In this document: piece by piece, positions 48,101 through 59,439 of the stretch
How the letters are laid out: each line of letters begins with the position of its first letter
Numbering within the stretch: position 1 is the first letter of the stretch
Source of the DNA: Laetmonice hystrix
Lineage: Eukaryota
Length of the DNA: 64,000 nt
Direction of reading: 5' to 3'
Assembly (NCBI GenBank): GCA_965235115.1
Contig: OZ249436.1
Location: 39,372,001 to 39,436,000, forward strand
Program-made: the position numbers and the translations under genes
Notes under the pieces: generated by a model
What the model was told of the DNA's origin: nothing
Seen by the model: the letters and a program-made list of their open reading frames with translations, nothing else
Databases searched by the model: none

Positions 48101-51100
48101 GATTCATCTCTGACAAATTCAGACGCTACAGCACAAGCTTTCAGTTGGCCCTTCACACTGCCCACATTGTGTTTGCACATACATGAATAGGTAAGGCAAT
48201 CTTGGAAGACCTCGACATACGTACTTGTGTTTAAAATATGTACTCTGGCTATACTGCCACAGGTTTCATCATCTTTGACGATCTTGACATAAGGAAAAGC
48301 AGTGCCAGCTTCAACAGTTGGCAATCCATTGTTGACAATAGTGCTGAAAATACCTTGAATTCTACAAAAAACATTACTTTTTGATGCAGAATTCTCCAGA
48401 ATACTGAATTCAAGTATGTTGCTAGCAGAATGTATTTCTGAATGAACATCGCGTATGTCCATTAAACCGCTGACAGTCATGTGTCCATCAGTATAGTAGT
48501 CCTGTGTTGGAACTACCTTGTCAGAAGAAATGCTCATATTTGCATTGCCAATATTTGACTCCAGCTGAGCCAAATTACAAGCGCTACCATTAGTAGAACT
48601 TTCGATTTTACTCTTACGATGACTGTCATGCATGTTATGCACAGTTGGGGTACCTAGTCATGCAGATCCCTGCCTAGCCGGATCCATGCGTTTCACATTG
48701 GTGCACTCACGCTGTGAATGAGAATTACTATAACAAATATAGCATATATGACGCCTACCACAATTTCTGTTGACACATTCTCTGTAGTTCCACTGCCAAC
48801 ACGCCCCTGAATCCTTGGAAGATGACGACTTGGTTGTAGATCCGGCCTTAACCTTGGTCTTTGACTTCAGCATCTGAAGTGTTCCGTCGACACCGAGATG
48901 TTTGTGGATTAATTCAGGGTGCCCATAGGAGAAAATCTCCAAGCCGTGTGTCTCCGCTAGGCGACGGACATCTTCGTCATAGTTTATTATGGCTTCCGTG
49001 GTGTAGACTTTCGTCATAGCTTTGTCCGCAACAAAGCGTAAGTGGTCGAGGAGACCTGTTACGGGGTGACCGGCTTGAGAAATTGCTATTATAAGTGCCG
49101 TGAATGCACTTACATAAGCTGCAAAACTGGCAGGTCTGCGTTCCCCTTTTGGTAGGTATGGTCGCAAGGTGAACTTGTGTCTCTGCCGAGTCCTGAATTG
49201 TCCAACCTCCGCTGTCCTCTGGTGTTGAACGTAACACCCTTCCTCGCTGTTGGAACTGGAGTCACTACTGCTACTGGCATCTGCAGGCCTTCTGGCGGTC
49301 TTGTGTAGGCGAGCCGCCATTTTGTCGACTGTCGACACCAGGGATCCCATCATGGTTTGCAAGGAACTTAGTTGATTTCTCTGTGACATAACCATACTAT
49401 GTAGATGGTTAGGATTGACGTCTGTGTCGCTACCAATTGCAGTGTTCAACTTGGTGTGTGGTTCAGTCTGGAATGGACCTGCGGTTGCACCACCACCTGC
49501 GCCATCTTGGTCGGTCGGCCTAAATCCTGCACCACGATCCATATCCAAGTTCATGAACCTTGCAGCAAGCTTCGAAGGTGATATGGAAGATACTTTGGGA
49601 CATTTGGAGCCTGTAGGTGGTAAATGCTTGCTCCCACAAGCCTTGCAGGATCTCTCGGACTGTGGTTTCTCCGACATTTTGGCCACCGGAAAAAAAAACC
49701 GCCAAATGACCACCTGTTGACCACGTCTGTGGTGGTCGGTGGCTCAGGTGTGACAACCTCGGTGCAGCCGGCTGACCAGAATACCCGCGTAATAGTTGGT
49801 CAGATCACGTGACCTTGTTCTAATTGGTTAGGGTATTTCACAATAAGCTAGAACCCCTGTGTGATCTATATATTAATATAATAATGAATAATTATATTAA
49901 ACGTTCCGTCCGAACGCTTTTTAATTGGCATGAAGTGCTGTTTTTACAATTATTTACAACATAATTATGTTGTAAAAAACTGTATATATTATGTTCTCGA
50001 CTGGTAGAAGGGGGGAATGGGGTTTAATAAGGTTTGGGATAGGGTGATGGTTATTTTGCTACTTACCTTGTACAAAACCACTAGATTAAGTGTTACTCGT
50101 CCTACTACCATTGACAGCAGCGCAAAACTTCTTACGTGACAACATGTACTGGTCTGCACTGAAAAATGGCTATAGCCGATGTGTACTCACCAGGATAAAT
50201 AAAAGAATTTTTTTAAACAACAAAGTGGGTATTCTGACAGCCAAGGGGATACAGAACCAAAATGTAGAAGTTACGCTCCTATCTAAAAACTTTGTAGAAA
50301 ATAAACAACGAACAAAAAATGACAACGTTCAAATTGTAATAGCTTTTCAAATAGCAGAAACGTCAGCCTAGTTCCAACATGTGTCGAGCATTCAACATCG
50401 ATAACAAAATTCCAAGTGGGCATTTGAACAGGATGGTCATGTCTTAAAAAGAATCACGCTCAACCGCTGCCACATCAACTGCAGCTCTGATCAGTGCCGC
50501 CGAGAGGGGGGGGCGGAGCCTGGACCTGGGACCTGGACAAAGGCCCTAATATTCATATATTTTTTAAACTGATGGGAAGGGGCCTGGCATGTTAATATTT
50601 TGCCAGTGGGTTCAGATAATATTAGCCGCCATTAGAAGAGTCATATCACACCTTTCTCAGCCTTGTAGCAATACATGCACAATAAACTCCACCAGTAGGA
50701 ATATTGTTTGCTAAAATCGTACATTATATATTGCTATCTATTTTTCCTCATGTTTATCCCTCAGAATCAATCTGATGTATGCTTGTTTCCCTATATAATA
50801 TATATATCATATACCGATCTGTTCACAAGCACACCCACCCAAACACACCCACTCACAAATACGTTAGGTACCGATAGTTTCTTCACTAAAAACTGCCACG
50901 ATCTCCTCTGTTCTTTGAAGGTCGACCTGCCACCAGGGACGAACAACGTCCGCCTGTTTCCAACACGTGCCTGAAAAAGGGTAGTTTAAGCATCTTTTAT
51001 GATTCTTTTACAAACAACGAAGGCCCTGCCAGAGTTTTAGAAAGTTCGACGGCATGTTAAAATAATGTAGGACTTGTAAATAGGTACAGTACTTACCTAC

Positions 51101-54100
51101 AGTGCCATCTATAATTAAGTGGTAATAAGGTAAGGTACCTACCTACAGAACCATCTATAATTAAGTTGTACATATTATACAAATATGGCACTTGGTTGAG
51201 TGCAATATGAAAATTTATGGCACGATGGCAACTGATATTTCACGACGCGAAGCAGGGTGCAATATCAGTTTCCAGAGTGCCATAAATATTCATATTGCAC
51301 GATACCAAGTGCCATATTTGTTTTACTTTATGACTGCCGCACTTTTCCTGTCATGACCCATCGACGACTGCACAGTCAGTTTAACTTTACTCCATTAGTC
51401 TGATTAGACTCATCATCTAGACCTAGGCCTACTTGTACGCTGGGCCTCAGTGAGTCAGTACTCACAATTCTACCAGTAAATTCTATACCTACCATGATCA
51501 AAATTTGATACAGGGATCCATTGTGTTCAAGACTGCTTCGTCTAGCTAGGCCTGGAGCTAGCCTAGACTAAAGGTTATACAAGATTCTGAAATCAGTTTC
51601 TGCTTTGCTATCATACGCTGTCACTATTACTTTTTCCGTGCAATATTAGTTTTTATCTGTGGTCACGTGACTGGGAAGTGACCAATCAGGACAGGGAAAG
51701 TGCGGCAGCCATAAAATAAAATAAGGTATGGTACAATTAAGTTGTACATGTAAGGTATGGTACAATTAAGTTGTACATGTAAAAAGTTATATACTTACCT
51801 ACAGTGCCATCTATAATTAAGTTGTACATGTAATAAGTTATGGTACTTACCTACAGTGCCATCTGTAATTAAGTTGTACATGTAATAAGGTATGTTACTT
51901 ACCTACAGTGCCATCTGTAATTAAGGAGGCGCTGTACACGTTGCCGGTCATCTGTGTTGCTGGTAGATCACGGCCCCTTCCTATGATGCCTTTCTCGTAA
52001 CGAAGATCTGCAATATAATTGTGTTTGGTTATCTGACATAAACTTTCAATTTATGCATAGCTCTATAGCATATTTTGACATTGGTAGAATTTAGGGCCTA
52101 CTGCATCTTAAGATGTCAGAAGGGGCAGTGGTGGGGTGCACACACACCCATGACAAGCAATTTTCGTTGTTTTTTGAAATTCAGAATTGACCCTGGTCAC
52201 CCCTAATCCCCCCGTTAGTGACATTTCTCTCCTCCAACCCCCCCCCCCCCCAACCTCCCCCTTCTAAATTTGTCGATCATCGCCTAAAATGTCCTTTATT
52301 GACGCGTATGGGAATGTTGTGTCACCTTCGACCTACCTTCACACCTTGGGACTGCACATGGTGTAACATCTTTGTCTGTGTTCATTCCGATATAGCAGTA
52401 AGGTTGGGATGCCAACGTGCGCACACCAAAGCAGTAGTTTTCTCGCACTGTGCCGCGTAGTTCAGGGTAATCAGACACATTCCACCATGGACCAACCTTC
52501 TGCCAATGTTGGCATGTCCCATGGGTGGAGAAGTTGATGTAGCCGTGATAAGATCCGCCTGTGTCTATTTCACGATAGCAGTTCTCATAACCTTCAAATG
52601 CATAAAATTACGACTTTCCGCTGTCACATCCTCTCGCTCTGTTCTACATACATTTGGTCTTAGAATTATAGGCCTACAGCATAGAATATTTACCTTTGTA
52701 GAAACAAAAACGCATGTTAAGAAATCCCGGTTGATTTAGCAGATGACGTGGTGTCATGCCGTTGGATGACACGGTGGGGTCAGACTCGTTACCGATTGCC
52801 AACTGGTAAAACTCTTCTATAACCTCCATATACTTCACCGCTTGACATTGCTCGTCCATCTACAGAAATAGTACAGAGTGAGTGACATTTTAAAGACATA
52901 ATAGTGCCCTCACTACGAAAGCCGAGAAGGCTCATTCGAAATACGAAATTCGAATTAACCTTCTGGGCTATCGTACTTCTCGTCTAATGTTATCTATTTT
53001 CAAATCTCACGATTCATTTGTTCACATCTAAGTGTTGTAGAGGCCTATGTGCATTTCCTCTCGAAGCTTTATGTAAATCAAATTACGCTGTATGACTTTA
53101 AACACGTGCCCACCTGTATAAGAGTGAATGGATGAGGTGTAGGAAACAGCGCTTCGTCTTTGACGTCACCATCCTGACGGCAGCAGAATGAGATGGAGAC
53201 GCCAGTGTCTGTTGCTGACGTCATCGGGTTCAGATCTGTCCGGCGGACAAGTTTCAAAACGGAGCCGCCAACTGACACAGAGCCGGGCGTAAACCCTACG
53301 GAGAACAACAGAATTTACCGAGAAAAAAAGAAAACAGTTGATGCAAATAAAATTAACTTAAGCAGGTCTGTCTGTATTCAGTAATGACCAAATTCTTTGT
53401 CCAGAGGCAAGGCAAGTTCCCTGGTGGCAATATTGTCAACCATGGAACGACAATGGAGATTTCTGCGTCTCTCAGTGGAAGCTGTTTATGTATTATGTTA
53501 ATTTTGTTGTATAGCATATATCATTATCATATAAATCAATACTAAAGGATTGTTACTGAATGAGTTGTATACGTTTAGAGGGATGTAGGCTACCTCCCCC
53601 TAAGCCTAGTCCTTGCTGCTCTAGTTATAAGGCTTACCTGCTGGGCATTCATCCTGGAGTTTGTAGATGCAATATGATCCCTTGGGCCATGGTTGTCTGG
53701 CCTGAGTTAGATCGTTGTTACTCAATCCTTCTACCACGCCACACATGTGGAAGACCATACTCGTGACGTCAAACGGTCCCTGCTGGTACGTCAAACTCGA
53801 CATCTTGTTACCTTGACCTTCAACCTTGGTGCTGATCTCAACCGTCGTCGGAATCCATCGGAAATGTTCCGAGTGAGGACATCCATGTATCGACTGGGGG
53901 ATGGCGTACGTCCCCTTCAGCCAGTAGGACAGCTCTGTGACAGCACAAACAGAGGTTCATTGGACCGAAAGACGTGACGATATGTTTATACGTGGTTTAG
54001 GGCCTACATGCAAACTTCACTTGATCAAACCATCTCGGACCAAGAATGCTGTCTTCTCTTAACTGGGAGGCCGTGTACATTAAACGTGTTATGTGATGAC

Positions 54101-56141
54101 AGGATGTTGTCCAGTTAAATAGAATACATGTTTATAATAGGCCCGACGTGATTCCTTTGACTGGGATTCTACAAAGCTAGAGTCTGCTTTTTTGTCCCCA
54201 TGCAGTCCTGACCTGAACCTAGCTCCAATCCGGATGACTTTATGATTGCATTGAGCGCGCCCCATACTCGAATGACCCCCTTAACCACTCTAGAAATGTC
54301 CAGATCCGCCATGTTTGTCCATACCGTTGGCCCTGTCCTGCCATTGGCAGTCTGGCTTATGGAGACAGCAACTACGACCAGGGTAGCCCACACAGATGCC
54401 ATCTGCCTCGTACTTGTGAGGACAACACTTCGCTTCCGTACACACACCGCCAACTCGGATGCAGAAGTCGTCACCGCCTGACAATTGGAATGTTCATATA
54501 TAAGGTTTCTTCAGGTATAGATTGGCGGGATTTAAATAAAGGGCAGGTCTGCCATGAAATGTTGCAGTTATGAAATATTGCAGTAATGCGTCAAAATACG
54601 GCAATATTTTATGACTGCAATTTTTCATAGCCATTGGCAATATTTCATAGGCAGCAATATTTCATAGTAGGCTACACCCGTTCCACTAGGCAGACCGTCC
54701 GGCAGATTTTCAAAATACACGGGTATGGTTGGCCGTATCGTAATTATGGGTCATGTCCTATGGCCTGCCCGCGAATCCCCCCCCCCCCCCCCCCCCCAAT
54801 GACATAGCATTCGAGGCTTTTGGTTGGGTCGTAAAATTGAGAGAAAATGCGCGAATTAGCGACAGTTTTCACTTGGAATCACATTGAATTGGCACTTGGT
54901 ACCATTTGGTACATTTGCGTATGTCGCACTGCGAATAAATTGCGACATTCGTACGACATGTGCACGATATTCGCGCGACACGAGTGCGAGGCCCGGCGAC
55001 TCACGCGAGGAAATTGGGAACCCCTGCGAATGTTTCAAGACATTTGTCGCCAACAGTCGCAGCCCAGTAAGATAACATTTTATGCACGCCTACTGTATAC
55101 GACAACTTGGAAATTTGATGTACACTTGGCCAATGCTGGCTACAGATAGACACTTGGGCATACGAACATACAGCAGGGCGCCCAGCACTCCTATATTTCC
55201 TATAAAATCCTATATTTTTCTTGCCATCCTATAACTTCTTATATATTCCTATATAAATTCCTATATTTGAACATTTCTGTAAGCCCTGTACATGCTGATA
55301 TGAGACGTTTCATTGTGGAAGCATAGATACAAGTACTTACTTAAAGGGAAATGTGAGTGTTCGACGGAATTTGATTGACCACTAGAATTTTCAAAATATT
55401 TTTATGGGGGATAGCCTTCGTCCTTAGGAGTACAAAGAAACAAAAAAAATCACATGTCACCGAATTAGATTTTTTTATACAGGCCTCCGTAAAAAATGGG
55501 TCTTTACTATAGGTTTAAATGGGAAAAACATGATTTTTCAGACATTTTGACTAATAGGTAAAAAATGACCACCAATTTTTTCCTGAAACTCGGTGACAAG
55601 ATAAAGTGGATCAGGACTACTAGTTGAAAACAAAAAAATGGGGGTCGCCGAATCAAAAAAAAAAGTTACAGCCTGCCAAACAGTCAGTGGCTTGGTAAAA
55701 CATGGGTCTAAACTATAGCATTCAATGGAGTAGACATGTTCTGGCACACAGTTTGGTTAATGGTTTAAAATATACTACTGATTTCCACATCAAACTAGTT
55801 GACTGCATAAATAAGCCAAACATTTTTCTGTTAAAGCTCACTACGCGGCGCTTTGAATACTCACATTTCCCCAGTGGTACCAACGCGACTCACTAGGCCC
55901 TTCTTGAATGCATATAAATGTATTTATTTGCCATTTTAGAAGCCATTACCTCAATCGCCTCTATAAATTAATGACAAAAATTGCTCCTATTATAATTATA
56001 CTCCTATATATTTTGGTTTGAAAATTCCTATATTCCTATAATATACAGAGATCCATAATTACTTTGAGACGTTTGCGCTATCCCTCCTCGTAGATATCCT
56101 GCTAGGAAAACTAAATGAATAAGCATGGTCCGTAACTGCAT
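30111..56141 (-). CDS. Giant multidomain GRL101-like LDLa-LRR GPCR, copy B (35 coding exons, about 2482 aa)
   Basis: Minus-strand exons in transcript order: 56063-56141, 54325-54477, 53638-53934, 53114-53295, 52694-52859, 52337-52591, 51903-52007, 50872-50970, 44926-45171, 44413-44573, 44077-44226, 43827-43974, 43567-43734, 43210-43443, 42513-42821, 42203-42378, 41801-42047, 41252-41686, 40894-41091, 40545-40614, 40104-40249, 39555-39710, 38965-39078, 38708-38824, 38197-38409, 37869-38037, 37493-37660, 37159-37316, 36653-36787, 33731-33847, 31868-33415, 31024-31148, 30859-30922, 30506-30699, 30111-30257. Length differences from copy A are all multiples of 3. One donor is GC. Confidence 0.88.
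31024..33415 (-). CDS. Copy B exons 31-32: LDLa, LRR and 7TM core
   Basis: ORF 31827-33458 is nearly identical in protein to copy A. TM7 exon 31024-31148 reads [42 protein letters not shown]. Confidence 0.95.
31220..31469. mobile_element. TA-flanked MITE with internal 21-bp tandem repeats
   Basis: TIR TGGAGCCCCGGAGGTGACATGCTGAAAAT / ATTTTCAGCATGTCACCTCCGGGGCTCCA. About 8 copies of CCGTGGCCACGAATTACTAAA. Confidence 0.85.
31596..31770 (-). mobile_element. SINE-like fragment with (ACTC)n tail
   Basis: Minus strand ends GCTGACTGAGCGTTAAACACCAACTACTCACTCAGTCACTC, similar to the LINE tail at 26830-26884. Confidence 0.5.
33921..36327. mobile_element. Kolobok-like TTAA element in copy B intron 29
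   Basis: TTAA|AGGTGCTATTCGT ... ACGAATAGCACCT|TTAA. Confidence 0.8.
33996..36056. mobile_element. Nested TIR element with CAC..GTG ends and 6-bp TATCAT duplication
   Basis: About 52-bp TIR CACTGGCTACACACTGATCATCGTAACGCGC...GATCCAAGATGGA. TATCAT occurs at 33990-33995 and 36057-36062. Confidence 0.8.
45618..46616 (-). CDS. Ngaro tyrosine recombinase
   Basis: 332 aa with [19 protein letters not shown] and catalytic Y in LLYL. Overlaps the end of the RT ORF. Confidence 0.95.
   Translation of the reverse strand: MCWSAMFFMKHCVSLVVGELPALEQRVRTLQSSSLADNTIRTRRSQWRMYFRFCSHYQLSPLPASEHQVCLYIAYLSTRLSYVSITNYLSALWYLHKVNGYSHVEPSSFAIRQTLLGTKRLLGAASKQSPPLDPSQLRCIYNTLNMDDDFDYCFWCAVIVCFRCLLRKAHVTVSDMHLTKCSFQFFPWGVLVYLGKTKTIQYGERTLRIPVCSSKGSIFCVASHMEELFKRSAITKSQMAFSYLKGGRLFRLTYSAFSSKLRNICEGLGFPHYTSHSLRRGGATFLYSLGLSLIDIKNRGDWKSLVVLLYLTESLNDSVNKDFYVTNVLDTY
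46507..48642 (-). CDS. Ngaro reverse transcriptase and RNase H
   Basis: 711 aa. RT motifs [34 protein letters not shown]. RNase H motifs YTDAS, KEL, TDN, N..AD.LSR. Confidence 0.95.
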   Translation of the reverse strand: MHNMHDSHRKSKIESSTNGSACNLAQLESNIGNANMSISSDKVVPTQDYYTDGHMTVSGLMDIRDVHSEIHSASNILEFSILENSASKSNVFCRIQGIFSTIVNNGLPTVEAGTAFPYVKIVKDDETCGSIARVHILNTSTYVEVFQDCLTYSCMCKHNVGSVKGQLKACAVASEFVRDESKMSTADVYVLLGVCFGFPIVNDVPIASYTCDNYLSILEDVSATSMSRLLRSELAEQKVTKVDEPPHCIHSLGAVHKDDGSIRPITDCRRPLGLSINTKMSDVCSTFSYRNLDDVVEFMTPFCVFTVVDISHAYRSVNVFPAHTKYQGFSWDLGNGQEFYVDNCLCFGLRCAPFIFTQIGDFIVRCMARYGCTQVGNYLDDFIICECTFESCLTGQETLIRLLRGLGFTINDKKVIQPAYCVRYLGIYVDSETMTLTLPEDKLIKLKGILCAFLSKRRATKLELQKLAGILAHCATIIHGGRTFSRRVINLCNSITERYHTTKLSAEFHADLNWWLSFAELFNGVGKAIRISNTDVLVYTDASGNGFGGYLYYSSDYFWGVWTPPGASSPCHQEPGPEFDDVTSSINAKELWPVLVACKRWGMTWNGKHVKFVTDNTTVCAILRSGRSRSVTTMDMLREVFWLSFIHNFVISVDFVKGLDNTRADYLSRLTSLPIHVLVSNVLYETLCFSCSRRVASIRAEGPNSAIQLIS
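48658..49713 (-). CDS. Ngaro gag-like ORF1
   Basis: 351 aa ORF with a coiled-coil region, a YDEDVRR motif and a C-terminal Cys/His finger [21 protein letters not shown]. Confidence 0.85.
   Translation of the reverse strand: MVIWRFFFPVAKMSEKPQSERSCKACGSKHLPPTGSKCPKVSSISPSKLAARFMNLDMDRGAGFRPTDQDGAGGGATAGPFQTEPHTKLNTAIGSDTDVNPNHLHSMVMSQRNQLSSLQTMMGSLVSTVDKMAARLHKTARRPADASSSSDSSSNSEEGCYVQHQRTAEVGQFRTRQRHKFTLRPYLPKGERRPASFAAYVSAFTALIIAISQAGHPVTGLLDHLRFVADKAMTKVYTTEAIINYDEDVRRLAETHGLEIFSYGHPELIHKHLGVDGTLQMLKSKTKVKAGSTTKSSSSKDSGACWQWNYRECVNRNCGRRHICYICYSNSHSQRECTNVKRMDPARQGSA
51080..51925 (-). repeat. Tandem about 52-bp repeat containing the end of copy B exon 7 and its donor site
   Basis: About 5 copies of (minus strand) CTTAATTAYAGATGGCACTGTAG|GTAAGT, interrupted by the Crypton-like element. 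Confidence 0.8.
51180..51715. mobile_element. Crypton-like non-autonomous element with paired internal inverted repeats
   Basis: ATGGCACTTGGT..GTGCAATATG / CATATTGCAC..ACCAAGTGCCAT, and TGCCGCACTTT..CCTGTC / GACAGG..AAAGTGCGGCA. Confidence 0.5.
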
Positions 56142-56384
56142 TCTACTGTCGTTGTTGTGAGAACAACCTAAAAAATAGAAAACCACATCAATATTCAAAC
56201 GCCTTGATTTAATTGTTTCTTTGTTGAATTTTAATCATGTTGTTCTCCTTAAATTTGTTCCTACACAATTAAAAGTAAAAGGAGCACACTCACATTTGTT
56301 CCTTGCATATTATAGACTATAATCGTACTATACCAGGCCAAATGCTGTTGCAACACAAGACACACCCCTCATACGTTAACTTAC

Positions 56385-56508
56385 TTCAAAACATCTTTCG
56401 CGTCCAATCGATGATACAGAGACACAATGTCATGTATCCAACAGGTGTCGTCTACTCTAGGATCTGCCGCAGTTTAGAGTCTGGAACCAACGACCGGCGG
56501 CCTTTATA
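56385..56508 (-). promoter_or_regulatory. Putative TATA box and non-coding first exon of copy B
   Basis: TATAAA (56508-56503), TAAACTGCGG (56476-56467) and donor GTAAGT at 56384. An AG acceptor precedes the signal-peptide exon at 56167. Confidence 0.5.
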
Positions 56509-59439
56509 CTACATGGGTGGCGTCAGGCTACCAGTCCACGTCCCTCAACTACACTCACCGGACAAAAGTATATATGCTATGTAATACCAGAGGCGCACAT
56601 TGAACCGCGTGCTGTCACATTCACACACATATTAGATGTCGAGGTTTGTTGTATTAAATGTACATTTAGTATGGCAAGCTTAGTCAGAGTGGCGAAGGGC
56701 GTTCGCTTTGGTGTCACCATGGCAACAGTACGAGATCTGACAAAATGGACAATGGGGAGGCGTCAGCCTCAGGGAGAAAGGTGTATCGGTCCAAAATATT
56801 GCCAGACGGTTTCACTGCTGCCGCCAAACAGTTCAGGGGGTATGAGCGAGGTACCAAGAAACTACAGATAAAAAAAATAGTTACAGAAGTGATCAGTCGA
56901 GAACCCCCACAACGAGAGAAGATCAACGTCTCCTCAGGACAATACACAGAAGGATGGCGGCCATGTAGTTCGGTCGCGTGGCTACATTACAAAATACTAA
57001 ATGACTTGAGTCTCATCATGAAATAAAAATAAAAAAACTATGTAATGGTTAAGATGTTATTTTAAACTGAACGTTGATGTCTCTCCAGTCTGCCCATGTT
57101 GCAATACTTTCGCCGTGTGTGTGTCGTGTGTCGTGCAGACAGCAAACTCACATCATAACTGGAAAATTTCTATAAAATCGAATTCAGGGGCCTAAATGGG
57201 ACGCTTGGCTAAATACTAGATAATCGAAGGTCGCGTTTCTTCAACGCTTTCCCTGAAAATAAATTCCACCCTGTAGTATATTTTATAAAGACAATAAAAT
57301 AAGTATAGCAAGTACATATCTGCCCAGGCGTAATTTGCATAAGGGCGACGCCCCACCCTCCACAGACACGCTTTTGCTGGTAACCTAAAATGTTCAAAGG
57401 CTCCTGGAAATTAAGCCTATATACTACGATCTGCGGCGACCCTGTCAGTGGTTTATGGCCTTGATATACCATGTATGGCCAAGCAAATTAGTTTTCTCTT
57501 TCAAGTTGGGGGGCTATACCAGCCCTCCTGTCAAATCTGATTTTGCTCCCTTGTACATCGCAGACTCCGATGTTCGTGATTCATCAAAGGTGTGGTTCGA
57601 AATGTCATACACGAACCCATTGATGTCCTGTCCACAAATCATCCAATCTTTAGCGACACGGAACTATCGATCGAGGGAAAACGTCATCAGGGTTGTTGAC
57701 TGTTAAACAGGTAAACATTGATATATTGTCTTCCTTGTCTGTCAGAGCGTCAGGCCCCATTTACGGGCGTATATAAAACAGCACTAATATCACTTGGGTG
57801 TGGTGTATTATGATGAGGAAAACTTTCTCCTCGGGGTAGGCCTGACTGTTGTGTGAACGTGAATTCTTATATCTGGGCTAGGTCATCGAGATAACCCCTT
57901 TTACGACGTGTTTAAAACGTTTATGGGTATTCTTTAGTATTGACCCTTAGCTGTTTCAGACTGCATAGCCAAAGAGTATTTCATAATAATCACAAATAAT
58001 AGTTTACTTCCTAAGTCTACGTTAAAGAATCACAATGGGACCCGTAACACACACACCCCGTATCGCAATAGACTCTATCGTATCGTACGACAATGTATCA
58101 GTATAATGTTCCAGCCCTAAAGAAGACACGTTTGTGTAGAATAGACCAAGGCTCGAGGAGTCGCCAGACCACTTCCCGGCGTGCTGCCATCTGACGGGGA
58201 GAAACGCTTCTACCGAATTTTTTTATATCATATCCAACACAATAGAAAGAGCATTGTCTTCTATCTACAGGCCGTGAAAATGAAACCACCTTCAGCATAC
58301 ATTTATCGATCTTTCTAATCGTAAGGAGATTAACTTCTTTTGGCCAACCTATTATTTTTGGGCCCTTTGTAGGTTCTGAGAAGGCGCACCTCAAATCTCC
58401 CTGCCACCTGCCGGTAAGCAAATTGAGGCCTGGGATCTATTATTGCATCAATGAAACATGTGTTAGCGTTTTCCAACACTCGTCCTTATTCCAGGGTGCA
58501 CACTATTATAGTAACCAATCGTTCATCACTCATTCAGGCAAAACCAGATGTCCTTCTTTACTCACAGAAGAACGCAACGCATCGGGTAACGCAACGCATC
58601 GCATCGGGCAACGCATCGCATCGCATCGCATCGGGCAACGCATCACGGAACGTATCGGGCGGACTTTCTCGGAGACTTCAGTCCAGTCAGTCAGGCGTAT
58701 ATATAGGACGTAACCATTTCACAGATCTTACTATCCTGGAAAATATGAATACCTTTTATTTGAGGCGGGTTATTTACTATAATGAATATGATTATTATTT
58801 TAAAGATCATATTAATTAAACCTTCCAAAAGATCGCATGAATTGATCATGACTGAAGCAACCCATCATAAATATTTCGTTTATTTTAATAAATCGAATCA
58901 TCCTGTGACTAATTAGGAAAGCATGGAAGCCTACCGCCTCCAGACAGCATGCAGGCAGCATCCGTAGAGTTGCTTTCCCGGCAAGTTTGTTTTCATTTTG
59001 CGCTTCTAGGGGGTACGATAATTTGGGAGTCAGAGAGCGCTTGTACTCCTCGTCCGGGACGTGTGACTGGTGGCAGAGTTGGGGCGCGAGTTGAGGTAAA
59101 TAGGGACATGTAGCTGAGCAGGAAATAGGAGGCATCAGTAAGCACCACAGGACTAGTTTGTGAGGCGAGCCACGGCAGAGCAGAATGGGAGACGAGACGA
59201 CGATGACTTTGCGGATAGTAGGGGGTTTATGAGTGGTTCATGTATAGGCCTAGACAGGTCGGCTGACTGGCATTACCTCGCTATACTGGACCGTACTCCG
59301 AGGTCGGGGACGGCGGTAAGATCGTCGCGGGTTTCAAGGCTCTCGGCCCGGCCACCGCCGGCCTAGGTGTTGAGGGGGCCGACTGGACGTGGTTTTCGTG
59401 TTTCATTTCTTCAAGCTTCGTCGGAGAACGTCATCCAGA

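Larger units (their letters stand above)
45178..49902 (-). mobile_element. Ngaro-like (DIRS order) tyrosine-recombinase retrotransposon, apparently intact
   Basis: Split direct repeats A1(49691-49902)-ORFs-B1(45505-45571)-A2(45293-45504)-B2(45178-45244). Gag, RT/RNase H and YR ORFs are open. No methyltransferase follows RNase H, and no TSD is seen. Confidence 0.93.

Noticed and set aside
45178..49902. Prokaryotic integrase/RT element or contamination
   Set aside because: The gag-RT/RH-YR order with split direct repeats is a eukaryotic DIRS-order retrotransposon inside a spliceosomal intron.
2460..56141. Two copies as mis-assembled alleles of one gene
   Set aside because: Most introns are unalignable, and several exons (signal peptide, kringle, tail) are far too diverged for alleles. 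Long-read confirmation is still advisable.
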